A stretch of 64,000 nt of DNA from Xylographa opegraphella (Eukaryota). Positions 12,587-24,974 of this stretch are shown here, piece after piece (the first letter of the stretch is position 1; each line of letters starts with the position of its first letter). A program made the position numbers and the translations under genes. The DNA lies in NCBI GenBank assembly GCA_022813865.1, contig JALDZX010000051.1, positions 62,001 through 126,000 on the forward strand, given 5' to 3'. The notes beneath the pieces are model-generated. The model did not search any database. It was not told the origin of the DNA and was given only the letters and a program-made list of their open reading frames with translations.

Positions 12587-15500
12587 CTAGCCCTTGCCGT
12601 AGTCTGCAAGCACGAATCCATAACCAGGCACTTCAGGGAAACGCTCATTCAGTGCCTCGACCTCTGAACGTTTGCCCTGGCGTTCCAAAATGTCTTCGAA
12701 ATGCGCAAAGACACTGATCTGGCGGATGGTCACGAGCCCACGGGAAGCCGAGTATTCGTCCCACTGGCGTGCATACCACTCCAGCACGCGACGGAGCGTT
12801 TCTTCGGCTTCCGAGAGGCGCTCCTGGCTGGCGAGGTCGAGCCCGAGTGCGTAGACGTTGCTCTGATAGGCCTCGTCGTCCATGCCCATTGTCTTCTCCC
12901 TGATGCTAATGACCTTTCGCTCCAGGTGCTCCGCTTCGACGAACTTCTCCAGGTTCCGCAGCACGTAGGCGAAGTCGCTAGTGCTCGAGATGGTCTTCGA
13001 ATGCTCCGGACCGTAGAATTCTTCCTGAGCCGAGATCAAACGTCTGTATACCGGCTCGGCGTCGTCGAATCGCTTGAGCGTGTGGAGCTGCCATGCGAGA
13101 TCGCGCATCGCATCAAGAGTGTCTTTGTGCAGGAGCCCGAAGACCTGCTCTCGTCCCTTGCAGGCACGTTGCAGGAGTGAGAGCCCACGGGCCGGGTCCC
13201 CGGCTCTGCATAATCGTAGTCCTAAGCCGACTGCTGCTGTCAGTGAATGAGGATGGTCCGGGCTGAGTTCCTCATCGAACCCTTTCAGCGCTTCTTGAGC
13301 GAGCTCGATGGATTCTGCGAGCCTGCCCTGTTCGGAAAGTACCAGCGACAAGTTGTCCATACTGATCAACGTCTCGGTATGTCTTGGCCCAAACTGTTTC
13401 GTTCGTGCGGCTAATGCTTTGCGGTGCATGGCTTCTGCCTCCTCCAACCTGCCCTCACTACGCATGTTGGAACCTAGTGCGTCAATGTTGATTAGAGTAT
13501 CTGGGTGATCGGGCCCGAGTTCTTTCTCTCGGAAAGCAAGAGTCTTCTGGTAGAGTCGCCTAGCTTCTTCGTGGTTGTCTTGGATATGTCGAACGTTCGC
13601 CAGATTAAACATATCCGTTATCGTCAGCTCGTGATCGGGGCCATGCAGCTTCTCATCGGCCTCCCATGCCTGAAGTGCAAAGTTTGCTGCGTCTTCCAGC
13701 TTGCCGGCCAAGAACAAGACCACACCGAGGTTCCTGATTATCATCACACGCGTAGACTCATTCTTGGAGTTCCCTAACGCATGCTTCAGAAGGGCCTCAG
13801 CCTCGGCGCTTTTGGCTAGATAGCTCATTGCGCTCGCCAGCACGTTCTGACTTCGTATCAGTTCGTCATCATCTTCCTGAAGTATACTCTCGTACAGGGA
13901 CAGGGCCGCCCTCGCCCTCGTGTAACCTGATGCCCATTGGCCTTTGATCTCCATGTCGTACCACGCAACGGCATTCAGAAGCCGAGCCCTGTATAGCTTA
14001 ATCGACTCATCATCTGGTGCCCTAGCAAGCGCTACCTGCGCATGAGGGAGCAAAATCTCGCATTCTTTCTGAGACTGAAAGCTAGCAAACGGAAATCGAT
14101 TTGCAAGTACGATAACAGGTACTTGCCGCCAGACATCCAGCGCCTCTTGAAGCTCAAGCCATGTTTGTGTTGATAGCTGCACTAGTCGATGAAGCTCGAC
14201 AAACTCACCCCCTCTTTGCGTATTGACTAACGAAAATGCCTGCAGTGTTCCCAGTGCCGTTACAAACTCGATCTCCTTCTCATTGTCTCTACGAAGAAGA
14301 GATTTCGGAATGCTCTGGCGATCTATAACAGCCATGAAATAAAGCATTTCGGCAGCCCGAGGTTTCTGTTCCTGGATATGGTCGAATGACAACTTCCATG
14401 TTCTCATGATGGAGCTCTCGGACTCAACATCGCGCCGGGGATCTTCCAGACCGTGACTAATGAAGTCCTTGAAGTCGGCTTCGGTGTTTTGCAAGAGCTT
14501 AAGATATTCTGCCACGGTCAGGAAATTCTCGGTCATGAAAGCGGCCGCTTGGGTGATCGCAAGTGGAAGGAACCCGAGTTCCCCGATCAATTCCTCAATG
14601 CCGGCCTGGAACCGTTCCTCATCTGGTAGCTTCGAGTATAATAGATGAGTAGCCTCCACTAGAGTCATCGGAAGAATTTTGATAGGTGCCTTGCGGTTCG
14701 TAAGCCGCTCACCAACACGTGAGTCTCTGGTCGTGATGAGGATTTTGCCACCAGAAGAGATTGGTAACTGCCGAGCGATGGAGCTTCCCACCGTGCTCTT
14801 TTCCGGGTAGAAAAGATTCATGTCATCGGCGTTGTCTATCACCATGAACCACGAAAAGGGCCCTTCGTTCAATTGCTTGGTGACCAAGTCTATCTTGTTC
14901 TCTTTAGTGGAGTCCCAATTTGGCAGACCCAACTTTGAGCCAATCTCTTCATACGCCTGAGAGAACCTGGCATACGTACTGGCGTAGATCCAGAAAACAT
15001 GAGTAGAAGGATGTGCTTGCCGGAATCTGTAACAGTATTCAATCGCAACTTGGGACTTGCCAACGCCACCGATACCGGCAACTGCGACTCGGGAGTGGTC
15101 CGCAAACCTTTTGTCAATCTGAAAGATTGTCTCTTCCCGTCCCACGAAATTGCTATCTCTTTCAAAAGGCAGCATAAAAATTGGTGAAGCCGCTGGTAGC
15201 GCAGCCGAGAGTGCAGCTGTCCATTGTGGAGATACCAGCGGCGACTTGATCGATTGATACAAAGTCAAGATCTGTATATTATCCTTGATGATGGTATCAA
15301 TCTTCTGCACCTTGCTCTCCAGGCCGAGTCCTATGATCGTCTTCTTGCCGATCTTCCAATCAGAGTCCTCCTGCTTGGGCGTAACCCTCACCAGTATATC
15401 ATCTAGCAGCTTTACCTGGTCGAGGCAACTCCCGATGACGGGAGACAATCCCGTTTTTGTTTTCTCCGAGAGGCCACCCGCATCATCTTTGATACGATTA

Positions 15501-15667
15501 AGACAGTCTATCAATAAGGGCAGGCGAATACTTATATCCGCAAATGCCGCCGGGACCTGCCCAATCCTTTCTGATGCTTCTCGTAATCGTAATATAAGTT
15601 TGGTACCAAAGTCAACAAGCTGTATGATGGTTGCAACGAGACCAACAATCGTGATGGGGTCCGCCAT
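12587..15667 (-). CDS. Fungal NLR-like STAND protein: SesA/HeLo-like N-terminal domain + NB-ARC + TPR repeats (1026 aa)
   Basis: Starts MADPITIVGLVATIIQLVDFG. Walker A GIGGVGKS, Walker B FMVIDNADD, ILITTRD, LGFLPLAITQAA, ELHRLVQ, then kinesin-light-chain-type TPRs (GPDHELT, GPDHPDT, GPRHTET, SPDHPHS, GPEHSKT). Intronless. Confidence 0.92.
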   Translation of the reverse strand: MADPITIVGLVATIIQLVDFGTKLILRLREASERIGQVPAAFADISIRLPLLIDCLNRIKDDAGGLSEKTKTGLSPVIGSCLDQVKLLDDILVRVTPKQEDSDWKIGKKTIIGLGLESKVQKIDTIIKDNIQILTLYQSIKSPLVSPQWTAALSAALPAASPIFMLPFERDSNFVGREETIFQIDKRFADHSRVAVAGIGGVGKSQVAIEYCYRFRQAHPSTHVFWIYASTYARFSQAYEEIGSKLGLPNWDSTKENKIDLVTKQLNEGPFSWFMVIDNADDMNLFYPEKSTVGSSIARQLPISSGGKILITTRDSRVGERLTNRKAPIKILPMTLVEATHLLYSKLPDEERFQAGIEELIGELGFLPLAITQAAAFMTENFLTVAEYLKLLQNTEADFKDFISHGLEDPRRDVESESSIMRTWKLSFDHIQEQKPRAAEMLYFMAVIDRQSIPKSLLRRDNEKEIEFVTALGTLQAFSLVNTQRGGEFVELHRLVQLSTQTWLELQEALDVWRQVPVIVLANRFPFASFQSQKECEILLPHAQVALARAPDDESIKLYRARLLNAVAWYDMEIKGQWASGYTRARAALSLYESILQEDDDELIRSQNVLASAMSYLAKSAEAEALLKHALGNSKNESTRVMIIRNLGVVLFLAGKLEDAANFALQAWEADEKLHGPDHELTITDMFNLANVRHIQDNHEEARRLYQKTLAFREKELGPDHPDTLINIDALGSNMRSEGRLEEAEAMHRKALAARTKQFGPRHTETLISMDNLSLVLSEQGRLAESIELAQEALKGFDEELSPDHPHSLTAAVGLGLRLCRAGDPARGLSLLQRACKGREQVFGLLHKDTLDAMRDLAWQLHTLKRFDDAEPVYRRLISAQEEFYGPEHSKTISSTSDFAYVLRNLEKFVEAEHLERKVISIREKTMGMDDEAYQSNVYALGLDLASQERLSEAEETLRRVLEWYARQWDEYSASRGLVTIRQISVFAHFEDILERQGKRSEVEALNERFPEVPGYGFVLADYGKG

Positions 15668-16815
15668 GACAAAAAGAAAGTAAAATGCACAGAGGCTCAA
15701 AATACCGAATCAGAAAGCAATGAGAACGTACACCACTCTCTGGAGATCATAGAAGCCTCTGTGACTTGACAGCCTTCATTTTGTTACCACATGAGAGGTG
15801 GGTATTCCATCTCTGTTTCCCCTGCTATTGTTGACCTGCTCGATAAGAGTGGAAACCAAAGTTGTTCACATATTACAAAACGTGCGCCACATATTAGGTA
15901 TGCACTTGAGTGATCAACCTAACAAGTAGACCTTCCTAGTACCGCATTTTCTCGATGGTATTAGATCAAATATCTTGCCAAAATCTCTCGTTGAATGATA
16001 TCGAGGGTGCGCTTGTCACCCTGTGCTCCAAATCTATAAATACCTCGGCAGACCCTATTGGCCTATGGGCTATTGTCATTTAACGAAATGAATGGCTTTG
16101 TAACCTGAGTCAATATGATCCAAAGGGCATTGCTCTCTCCCTGGAATTTAATGGTGTCTGTTTGTTCAAACTCGCTGAGCCGAACATAATGTATTTATTG
16201 ATAAAGTATGAGATTAATTCATATGTTAACAATGTATCGAAGAGCCGAGCTGCCTAACATTATCTCCATTCCGTACATACATATGCCTTTGCTGTCGGCA
16301 GCCATTCATATTGAGAACCGTTGATTTGAGGAAACATTTGAGCCTCGTCGTCCTTCAACAGCGTGTAACATGGCGGAGGGACCTTGACGATAACGAAATC
16401 AGTGTGAAAAGGTGAGACGCTTACCCATGATCCGATCGACTTGATCAGAATTATGAATTTGTTATACCAATGCCATTGGTATTGTATATGGTCGAATAGG
16501 ACTTGATACGATTATTGAACTCATGTGCATGGAAGATCTAGTGCAGCGCCAGATGATTACGCAGAAAATTACTGCCCCACACAGGATGACCAGATTGGAA
16601 CAGGTCGACCATAGAACCCGAGGCAATATCGTGTTATTGCTATGATTAAACAAGCCAAGTCAGGTGCGGAGATCCGTTCACTATTCCCAGGGTATATCGT
16701 ACTATACAGCGCCTTTTCAGTCCTTACAAAGTATCTTCGCCTAAGCCACCTCGCTCTCCCGCGCCTCTTTACAAGTTCAGATTCGGATACCTGGGTATCA
16801 TTGCGCCCTCTGTGC

Positions 16816-17448
16816 TTACTCCAGGCCCTCCGCTGCTGTATCAGGCCGTTTGAGAACCTCAAGTTTTTCTAAAGAAATAGAACCCACGTTAGCGATTGCT
16901 CATAGCATAGAAGTTGTGCCAAAGACCGACAACTCACGCTGTACGATACTCAACGCGCTTTCAATCTTGCCATCCTTCTCGAACTTGCGCATGCTGGCGT
17001 CGCCCTCGACATACACCAGCGTCCTGTCCGCAAAGACACCGTTAGCAACAAGCCTCAGAAACACGGACTGCCCATCCGCCACATCCAATATCCATTGCCC
17101 CCGTCTCTTTCTCTTCCTTCACCTTCCCTTTCCCTTCACGCAAACTCGGCAAACAGGCAAAAGAACTCACCCCTTCCCCAGCGCCATAACCCTTTCCCTC
17201 CCCTCGTTCTCCTTCGCAAAGCTCGCGACGCGCCACCAGCTAGTTTGACGGTTCTCTCGCGGCCCGTATGACGTGCCGACCGCGTAGCGGACCATCTCCT
17301 GGCCCGTACTGGTGACGGTCAGTTCAGGATCCGCGGCGAGGCGGCCAACGATGGTGATGCGCGCGACGGGGAGAGAGGGACTCGTGGAGAAGAGGCGGGC
17401 GGTGAGAGAGCGGGTGGGCAGGCGGGAAGGTCGTAGGAGGTGGAGCAT
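16816..17448 (-). CDS. RIM1: Mitochondrial single-stranded DNA-binding protein
   Basis: R/S/L-rich presequence, then the OB fold ARITIVGRLAADPE...TSWWRVASF...KG-TLVYVEGDA. Introns 17170-17024 and 16937-16869; last exon QKLEVLKRPDTAAEGLE*. Confidence 0.92.
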
Positions 17449-17731
17449 GCTGGTTGCAGTGGGAAGTTGTTGGAGGCAATACTATAGGCGCCTGGAGCGT
17501 TGGCGAACCAAGGTTGCAGTTGAGTGATAGGCGCGTTGAGAGGGGCCGCAATGCTGATATGTGGGGATGGAGTTTCCCCTTAGGGTTGCGGAGGTGAAAT
17601 CGCGGAGTCGCGGTCGCGGAAAGCAGCTAACCTATTTTGCAGATTTTAAATTGCTTGGCATTGCGGAAGAGTGACGACAAAATCGTGGGCCCTCTTACAT
17701 CACCCGCGACGAGATTGGTTTACTGCCATAA

Positions 17732-17796
17732 CGCACAAGTCGCGCAAGTCCTACTATCTACGTTGATAATGCCAGCAACCGCACAAGTCGCGCAAG
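17732..17796. promoter_or_regulatory. Exact 17-bp direct repeat (CGCACAAGTCGCGCAAG x2, 48-bp period) in the divergent RIM1/DUF4396 promoter; candidate TF sites
   Basis: Copies at 17732-17748 and 17780-17796, upstream of a TATATATAA box near 17884. The repeat is seen directly; a regulatory role is inferred. Confidence 0.5.
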
Positions 17797-17995
17797 ATAG
17801 GCAAGTAGAATTTTCAACAAGCAAGCTTAATAAGAAGCCCGCATTAATCACGCTCCGGCACAGGTCTTGCAATCCTTCAACTTTATATATAATCGCAGCG
17901 GAGATCCACGATGGTCGTCAAGCAAGAGCGCACAGGAGCAATCTGAGATCATTCAATTATCCTCCTAACAGCTTTACGGAGTAACGGACTCGAAC

Positions 17996-18932
17996 ATGGA
18001 TTCTCAGTACCAAGTCCCCAAGGCATTGACCGTTATTGCGGGTATCTTTCTCGTCGCAGGCGCCCTATTCCTCCTCGTACCCATCATCGACATCCTGAAT
18101 AGACGAGGATGGAAGTCTATGATGTGGATCATGTAAGTAACATCGTGCACCCGAGCTTTCCATATACTGACGGTCGCATAGGATCCCAGTTTGGCCAATC
18201 AATGCTAGCTATCTGGGCCCTTTGACCTTGTACCTCTACTTCAAATACGGGAGGCCCACGAAACCTGAGAAAAGGAAGCACCAGCACCCTGACTCTACTA
18301 AAAAGCCCGTCCATGGCTCTGATGACTCTAAAGAGAACCATGATCTGGAAATGGGTGCAGGTTCTCACGCAGCCCACAATATGGGCTCTATGCACGATTC
18401 GGACACCATGACAGAGGTTCACGACTCTGGCAACCAATGCAACATGCACAATATGCACGCTATGCACTCCCACTCCCCTGGCCGCCCCACCTGGGCGACT
18501 GTCCTCATCGGCGTGTTCCACTGTGGCTCCGGCTGCGTCCTGGGCGACCTCGTTGGCGAATGGCTCGTCTACGGCACCGGGGCGTCTATCAATGGGGCCG
18601 GAATATGGGCGTCCCTTCTGATCGACTACGCATTTGCCTTGCTCTTCGGGATCATCTTCCAGTACTTCAGCATCGCGCCCATGAGCGGCGATTACGGTCT
18701 CAAGTCGCTCGTGAGGGCCATCAAGGCCGATTTTCTAAGCCTGACATCGTTCGAGGTCGGACTGTTTGGCTGGATGGTGGCGTTCCAGGTCGGAATTTGG
18801 GACTACCAGCTCGAGACCAACACGTGGCTTTATTGGTGGATGATGCAGGTGGGGATGGCGATCGGGAGCATGACGGCGTTTCCGGTGAATTGGTGGTTGA
18901 TTACGAGGAATATTAAGGAGCCTTGTGCGTAG
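17996..18932 (+). CDS. DUF4396-type integral membrane protein with His/Met-rich loop
   Basis: ATG 17996; intron 18133-18181 gives MMWIM-IPVWPINASYLGP. C-terminal motifs HCGSGCVLGDLVGE, FQYFSIAPM, KADFLSL..FEVG and MMQVGM..G..TAFPVNWWL. Confidence 0.85.
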
Positions 18933-19428
18933 ATCGAGGTGGTGGGTGTACCGTGCTATGGATGGTCGTGCGTTTCTTTGAATAGCCAAGAAGGAGATCT
19001 GGTTAGCAGAATCTTTGAAAACTTGTTCGTTATATGATATTAGACAACCACGGGGATAAGTTGTGAAGGGGACTTGATACCATTTCATCAACAGCAGAAC
19101 TTGAAACCGTTCACAAATCTATGCATCTACAAGTCTTCCCAAAACGAATAGAGTAATTTAGAAAGATACAATGCAACACTGATCCACATTTACGTCCAAC
19201 AGCACACACGGATCTTAAAACATCGATTCAATCACTAGAGCCTGTTCTCACACGTGCGCACAACTTCGTGCTCTGCCTCGATATGTTCAGCATGCCCCGT
19301 AACCCGAGCAAGTCCGTCATCACCGGTGAGCATGAGAGGAGAGGCTTCGCACCAGCCCGATTGATAAAACCACTTTTTCACTGAAACTATCTATGAAAAG
19401 CTCTACCAGAATCCAACCATCTCGTGCA

Positions 19429-22400
19429 TCACTCCACCATCGAAGATTCCTGCACGCCCCTGTCCGGCATCCGGGCAATGACCATCTCCTCCTCGATCCA
19501 CTTCCACATTTTCGCAAAATGCTGCTGGTCGATAGGAGCGACGGCCCGCATGGCAGGCACAGCGTTGCGCGTGCGATCGGTGGTGAAGCGGACTTCGCTG
19601 GTCCTGGCACCGCTGTCTTCCTTGCTTTCGTCGGTGCAGTAAGCTTTACTCCACAAGCCCAAGAGCTTTTTGGCAGGATGGTTTGCATGATCCGCGCCTA
19701 AATCCTCGAGCTGCCGGACCCATTTTGCGGGAGGCACGATGTCGAATGGACGAGCATGAAGGGTCTTCAGCCATTTAAGCATTTCCGTCCATAGCGGCGT
19801 TTGGTTCTCGTTGATCAAGTGGTACACCGGGATTTCAGAGATTTCTCCGCTTTTGGTGCCGTGGGCAATTTGTAGCACTGCTTGAGCAGCTATATCCACA
19901 GGGAGCCAATCAAGCTTCTCGTTCTCAACGTTCGGTAAAGAGCCCGTAACGTCGACGGTACTCAGCATTAGGGGCCAAGCCTCGGTAATGTTCCAGACTC
20001 CCTTGGCAGTGTCTCCACAAAGCTGGCCTATACGTATCACTTTCAATCTTCCTTTCATTCTCGTCTGCGCATATGCTCGCTCACAAATAGCCTCTGCAAC
20101 CCATTTCGATCTCGAGTATCCCAGATGAGATGCGCCATTCGGATTGTGGGATATGGCTTCCGGAATTGGATATTCAAGGATAGGACCGAGGACGCTGGCA
20201 GTTGAAGAGCAAAAGATGAAGCGAGGTGAAACATGGCATTGTGAACTGATACCTAGATCCAGTAGGTTCCGCAGGCCAGAAATATGGTCCTTTACGAAGC
20301 TGCGCAACCGCATGCTGAAATTGACTGCCCAGGCTGCATGGATTATGATGGTAGCCTCGCTCTGGAGTGACGCATAGTCGTCCTCAGAAAGGCCAAGGTG
20401 TGGCGCTCCCAGTTTCGCAATAAAGCACACAACTTTAGAATCTGGCGTTTGAAGCGGTTCCTTCTTCCGAAAGACTAAGGACTTGTTGATCCGTGCATAG
20501 GCAGCTTCGGGGTTCGCAGCCCTGACCAAACAGACTATTTTGCGCACTGATTCATCGGTGCGGAGCTGTTCTAGTATGTGAGCGCCAAGGGCGCCTGTGG
20601 CACCGGTAAGAATCTAAGGGTTTCAGCGTTGATCAAATCAATAGTGGTAGATCCACTCACAACCACCTCGCCTTTCGAGGAAACGTTGCCTTCAGAAAGA
20701 GCAACTGGTCTCGGGACTTCCCTACTCACGACACCCGAGAATGTACCGTATTCCTCAACCAACTGATTCATAAGGAGTATTTCGTCGTCTTCTATTACCA
20801 TTTTTCCATTTCGTAGATTTATGAGATATTGAGACAGCCTGTAGATGTGGTCAGCATATTATGTAAATCCACGTGGAAGATATTGCGTACCGCTTGATCG
20901 TGCCACAGTCATAGATAACATTCAAGGGCAGCGGTTGAGATCCAGTTGTCAGCACCCACTATAAAAAGTCAAGTCAGTCATTGGTTTGTATCATATCGCT
21001 GTCAACCTACCTTTTGCAAAACTGCTCTAATCTGCATACACGCTACAGAGTCGACACCTTGAGAAAAGAGGTCTGCTTCCTCGGGGATCGGGTCCTCCTT
21101 ATTCACGGCTTTCTTAATAGTCTGTAGTATAAAGACTGGGATGTAATCATCGGACATAAGGCTGCCTTTACCGCATCCAGTCAAAAGACCATCTGACAGA
21201 TTGTCATTGTATGCGTTCTGAATATGAGCCTGAAGTCTTTCCTCCGCCTGACCCCGCAGAATTGTGCCTTTGCTGCTTTTTTCAAGATTTGGAGCTTCTG
21301 CTGGCATAGCCACCAGCATTTGTCTGGATAACCGAGTGTGGCCTTGCCCCTCACCATTCAGCTTCTCGATTGTAGGCCATAATTGTTTCAGAAGGTCGTC
21401 GTCAGTCAATTCTGCAGATTTCTCTGACCGGAAGAGCAGGGCGCCTGGATACTGTTGCCCATTTCCAAATATAAGGACGTCTTTAATAAGAGGCGACCCA
21501 GCTATGGCGGCTTCAAGTGGAGCTGGATCGAATTTCTTACCCGTTATCAAAGTAAGCTGCGAGTCGGCTCGCGAATGGTACTTCCAAGCTTGCGGTATGA
21601 TCGGGTGCGGCGCGAATAGATCCGCAGTGGCGAATGAGCCATCCTCACGGTTGTACTTAGCCATATGTGGCCAACCCGGCATAATCACCAATTCAGCCAG
21701 ACCATCCTCGCGAGCCTCAAACCTAAGAGTATCCGAGCCAGATGACGATCGCAAATATTGCCATTCATTGTCATTCGCGTAGGATCGATGCGAAGACATC
21801 AGGAACCCACACTCCGCGCTCCCAAACCGCGAGATCAGGTTCATTCCTTTCCCTACAAGCTCGTCACCCGCCGCTTGTGGTAGAGCTGCACCACCCACAC
21901 CGACAATTTCCATGCTCTTCAGTTTCTCGAGACCTTTCAATTCTCCAGAAACCATCTGAAGTACATATGGGACTGACGAGAAGTACTTTACAGATGGATT
22001 GCCGCCGTTCTCAGCAGCTCGCTCAGCACAGCTCAATGACTTCAGGACATTCTCGGCTGTAATGGGGACTTCTTTACCCGGGAACAGCCAGATCAGAGCA
22101 CCGCTTGTCCATGCACGGAAGCAGTCCGCAATACCCCCGTGGTACAGTGGAGTGGTAGTGAAAGTTGCCTTTGCACCTCCACCTTTGAAGCAAGGAAGTA
22201 CTCCTACAGCAGCTCTATGAGACTGAACAATCGGTTTCGGAAGCCCCGTAGATGTACCGGACGTGTGGTGTAGGTAAGCAATATCTTGCTGGGACACCTG
22301 CCGCAAGGAGTCCACTTTGACTTTCTTACTATCCTTCTCCTCAACGAACGCGAACAGTTCCTTTACAGAATCAGTGAAAGGAACTAACACGCTTGTCAAC

Positions 22401-23025
22401 TTGAAGCTCTCGCCACTCAAAGCAGCACTTTCTGTTGCGAGTGGCGAATAAGACTCATCGTAGAATAGAATCGTTGTATTGCATGTCTTACAGAGATGGA
22501 CAATAGCAGAAGGCTGACATTGTGGCCTACAAGCTTTGCAATCAAATCAGTTCAACCGATGGTCAAACGCACGATGGGACATTACCCACGCAACAAGAAG
22601 CACCGATAAACCCAGCCTCATTAGCCCGAGCCAAGCGAAAAGAAATAGCGGCGAACTGGGACAAAGCAAAGCAACAGTACTGTTATCTTCGCGGAAGTCA
22701 TCTATTTTATCCTTGAGGTGTCCTTGAAGCAGCTCTGCGAACATGACAGAGCCTCTATAAAGGTCTCCGTACGCTGGCCTTGTCAGTGAAACTCCTTGCT
22801 ATAGATGCACGACCCACATAAGATCTTATATTCCCATTCGCCTCCCCTTGCGTCATGTAACACTGGAAGGGGAATACCCACAGCTGGCTCACCAGGGAGG
22901 TGGGTGTTCTGCACATCGAGAAACTGGTTGATGGTTTCAAAGGCATGAGAACGCTTAGCATTTAACTCCGCGGCTTGACCAAGAGTGCAAGTAAAGTAGT
23001 TCTGCTCTACTGGTTGATTCGACAT
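19429..23025 (-). CDS. NRPS-like carboxylic-acid reductase (adenylation-thiolation-reductase, A-T-R)
   Basis: Five introns (about 22817-22774, 22589-22527, 21010-20959, 20890-20839, 20660-20614). A domain: HTSGTSTGLPKP, FGSAECG, FATAD, RADSQLTLITGKK. T domain: DLFSQGVDS. R domain: LTGATGALGAH, HAAWAVNF, GYSRSKW. Confidence 0.92.
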
Positions 23026-23713
23026 GTGTGAAGGCACGAAGGGTATTCAGAGGTGTCAATCTACTGCTGAAGACCTAGGATATTGATTTGTAGAATAACA
23101 TCCATCGCAAAGGAATGTCCGACATCATCATTCAATTTGTGAACTATCGTACCCACAATGAAGCTAGCCAGTACATTACAGCCGCCAGTAGAACCTAGGA
23201 TACGTGACTATCCTAACAGCGCGGTCTACTGCAGTCATACGACTTTCAGACCTCAAGGAAACCCCTCTAGCAAAGCCTGTTGTCGCGAGAATCTGCCAAA
23301 AAAGCCAAGTGTATGGAGAGGAGCTTACCGCGGTCATCGTCTGGAGGGAAATTGTGATTTATCTACCTCATAAGCGGTACTATATTAGAGCTAGTTAGAC
23401 GAAGAAATACGTCTCTTTCCATAGCGGTATTCGCCTCCAGAGTAGGGCCGAGGCACGCTTGCACGAATTTCTGCTTTGGAGCAGAAGGTACCTAGTAAGC
23501 GCAGGATATAAGCGGCGATTGTCTGGAATATGTTTCGGCAATCCTTCACATTACCAGAAAACGAGCCAGCCCATGTTTCTCACATCCAAAGCTGATATCC
23601 TTTGCCATACTTCGTAGGATGTGGGTCCGTGGTATTTCCAGCTACAGTTGGTCCTAGTCTCATGTAACTCAGCTTATTGATATCTGAATCAACTCGATTG
23701 TGGCCCTTGAATC

Positions 23714-24127
23714 ATGTCTCGATGGATCAAAGTATTCCGAGCGACGGCAATTGCCAATACGGGCAGTGTTGCACGGGACCACCTCGCGAACGAGCGAACC
23801 TTCTTGGCTTGGACACGAACAGGACTTGGCTTCATTGCACTCGGCGTCGCTTTGGAGCGACTCAACACGATGGAAGCGCTACCGAATCCTCTTCCACCAT
23901 TTGAACAGCAACAAACCGAAAGGTCGGCGATTTTCTTGGTAGGATCCGGCAGCTGCTGCGTAACTTATGGCACTCTTCGCTACTTCTCCAACCTCCGTCT
24001 ATTACAGCAGGGACTTTTTCAGCCAAGCATTGCTGGCGTTACCCTGGTCATGGTTACGAGCGTCGCCTTTGCTGCTGGGGGCACAGCCGTCATCGTGTTT
24101 GGCAGCTCAGCAACGCGAGAACGATGA
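23714..24127 (+). CDS. DUF202 (YidH-like) small membrane protein
   Basis: Signature NTGSVARDHLANERTFLAWTRT followed by three hydrophobic segments. Confidence 0.88.
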   Translation: MSRWIKVFRATAIANTGSVARDHLANERTFLAWTRTGLGFIALGVALERLNTMEALPNPLPPFEQQQTERSAIFLVGSGSCCVTYGTLRYFSNLRLLQQGLFQPSIAGVTLVMVTSVAFAAGGTAVIVFGSSATRER

Positions 24128-24974
24128 CTCAAGCTAGGCAACAAGAATCCATCGCCGTCGGCTCGAAATCCTGAACCTGGTCGAAGGCATTCAGGACACC
24201 GGGGCCGAGGATACTGACCAAAATTGATGAACGTTCGCATCGATTGCCATATCCAGAGGAGAAGCCGCGTCGACTCGCACCATGGAAGATCCAGGCTCCA
24301 GCATCGTTCTTACCAGTATGTACCTATACCTTGTGTCGCATTCACTAATGCTAAGCCAGCACTGTGATCCACCAGTCCTTGTTCTGCTTGTCACGGCGTT
24401 TCGTATGCCCCGATCGTGTTACTGCTGTACCTCCTCCGTACCTTGCCCCCGTGCCTCCTTACCAAGATACCTTATGAGCACACCAGGCTCGGGCTTTACT
24501 TAAAGCCGATCAAGCGATGGCCCGAACTTTTAAAGTTATCCTAAGGCTGAGGATGATCTCAAGATCATGACGTCTGTCCTCCCGTTCTCTCATTGGCTGA
24601 CTGGCTCCTTTTTCTCCCGCAATCGGACATAACAGCAGTCGACCGCTGCATCCGACGAGCAAAACTGCACCGTAAAACGCGGCTGTCTGACGTTTCCATA
24701 TTTCTGCACGTGAAATCCGGGGCATACATCTATTAGCCTGGAAGAGATTGTGCGAATTGTGCAAGTCCTCTCGGATGGCCGACCATTTTTAGTTTGTCTC
24801 ATCCTCCATCTGTTTTGTGGAGAATGACGAAGCCTGCTACCCCCTAAGCGGCTGGCTTCACATATCTAGAGATCCCAATTGCTTTCTTTCCCTTTCACTT
24901 TTTTGGTCGCTCCCGTGTGATCTTAAGTGAGGCACACCACACACTTCGAGTTCAACACTGCGAAGTGGAAGATC

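Noticed and set aside
17580..17587. TTAGGGTT here and at 60964 as telomeric repeats
   Set aside because: Single isolated units, not arrays; at most promoter motifs.
24125..24140. Stop-codon readthrough to a cryptic peroxisomal signal (DUF202 TGA CTC AAG CTA; other stops also inspected)
   Set aside because: The context is not TGA-CTA, and the extension does not end in an SKL-like tripeptide followed by a stop.
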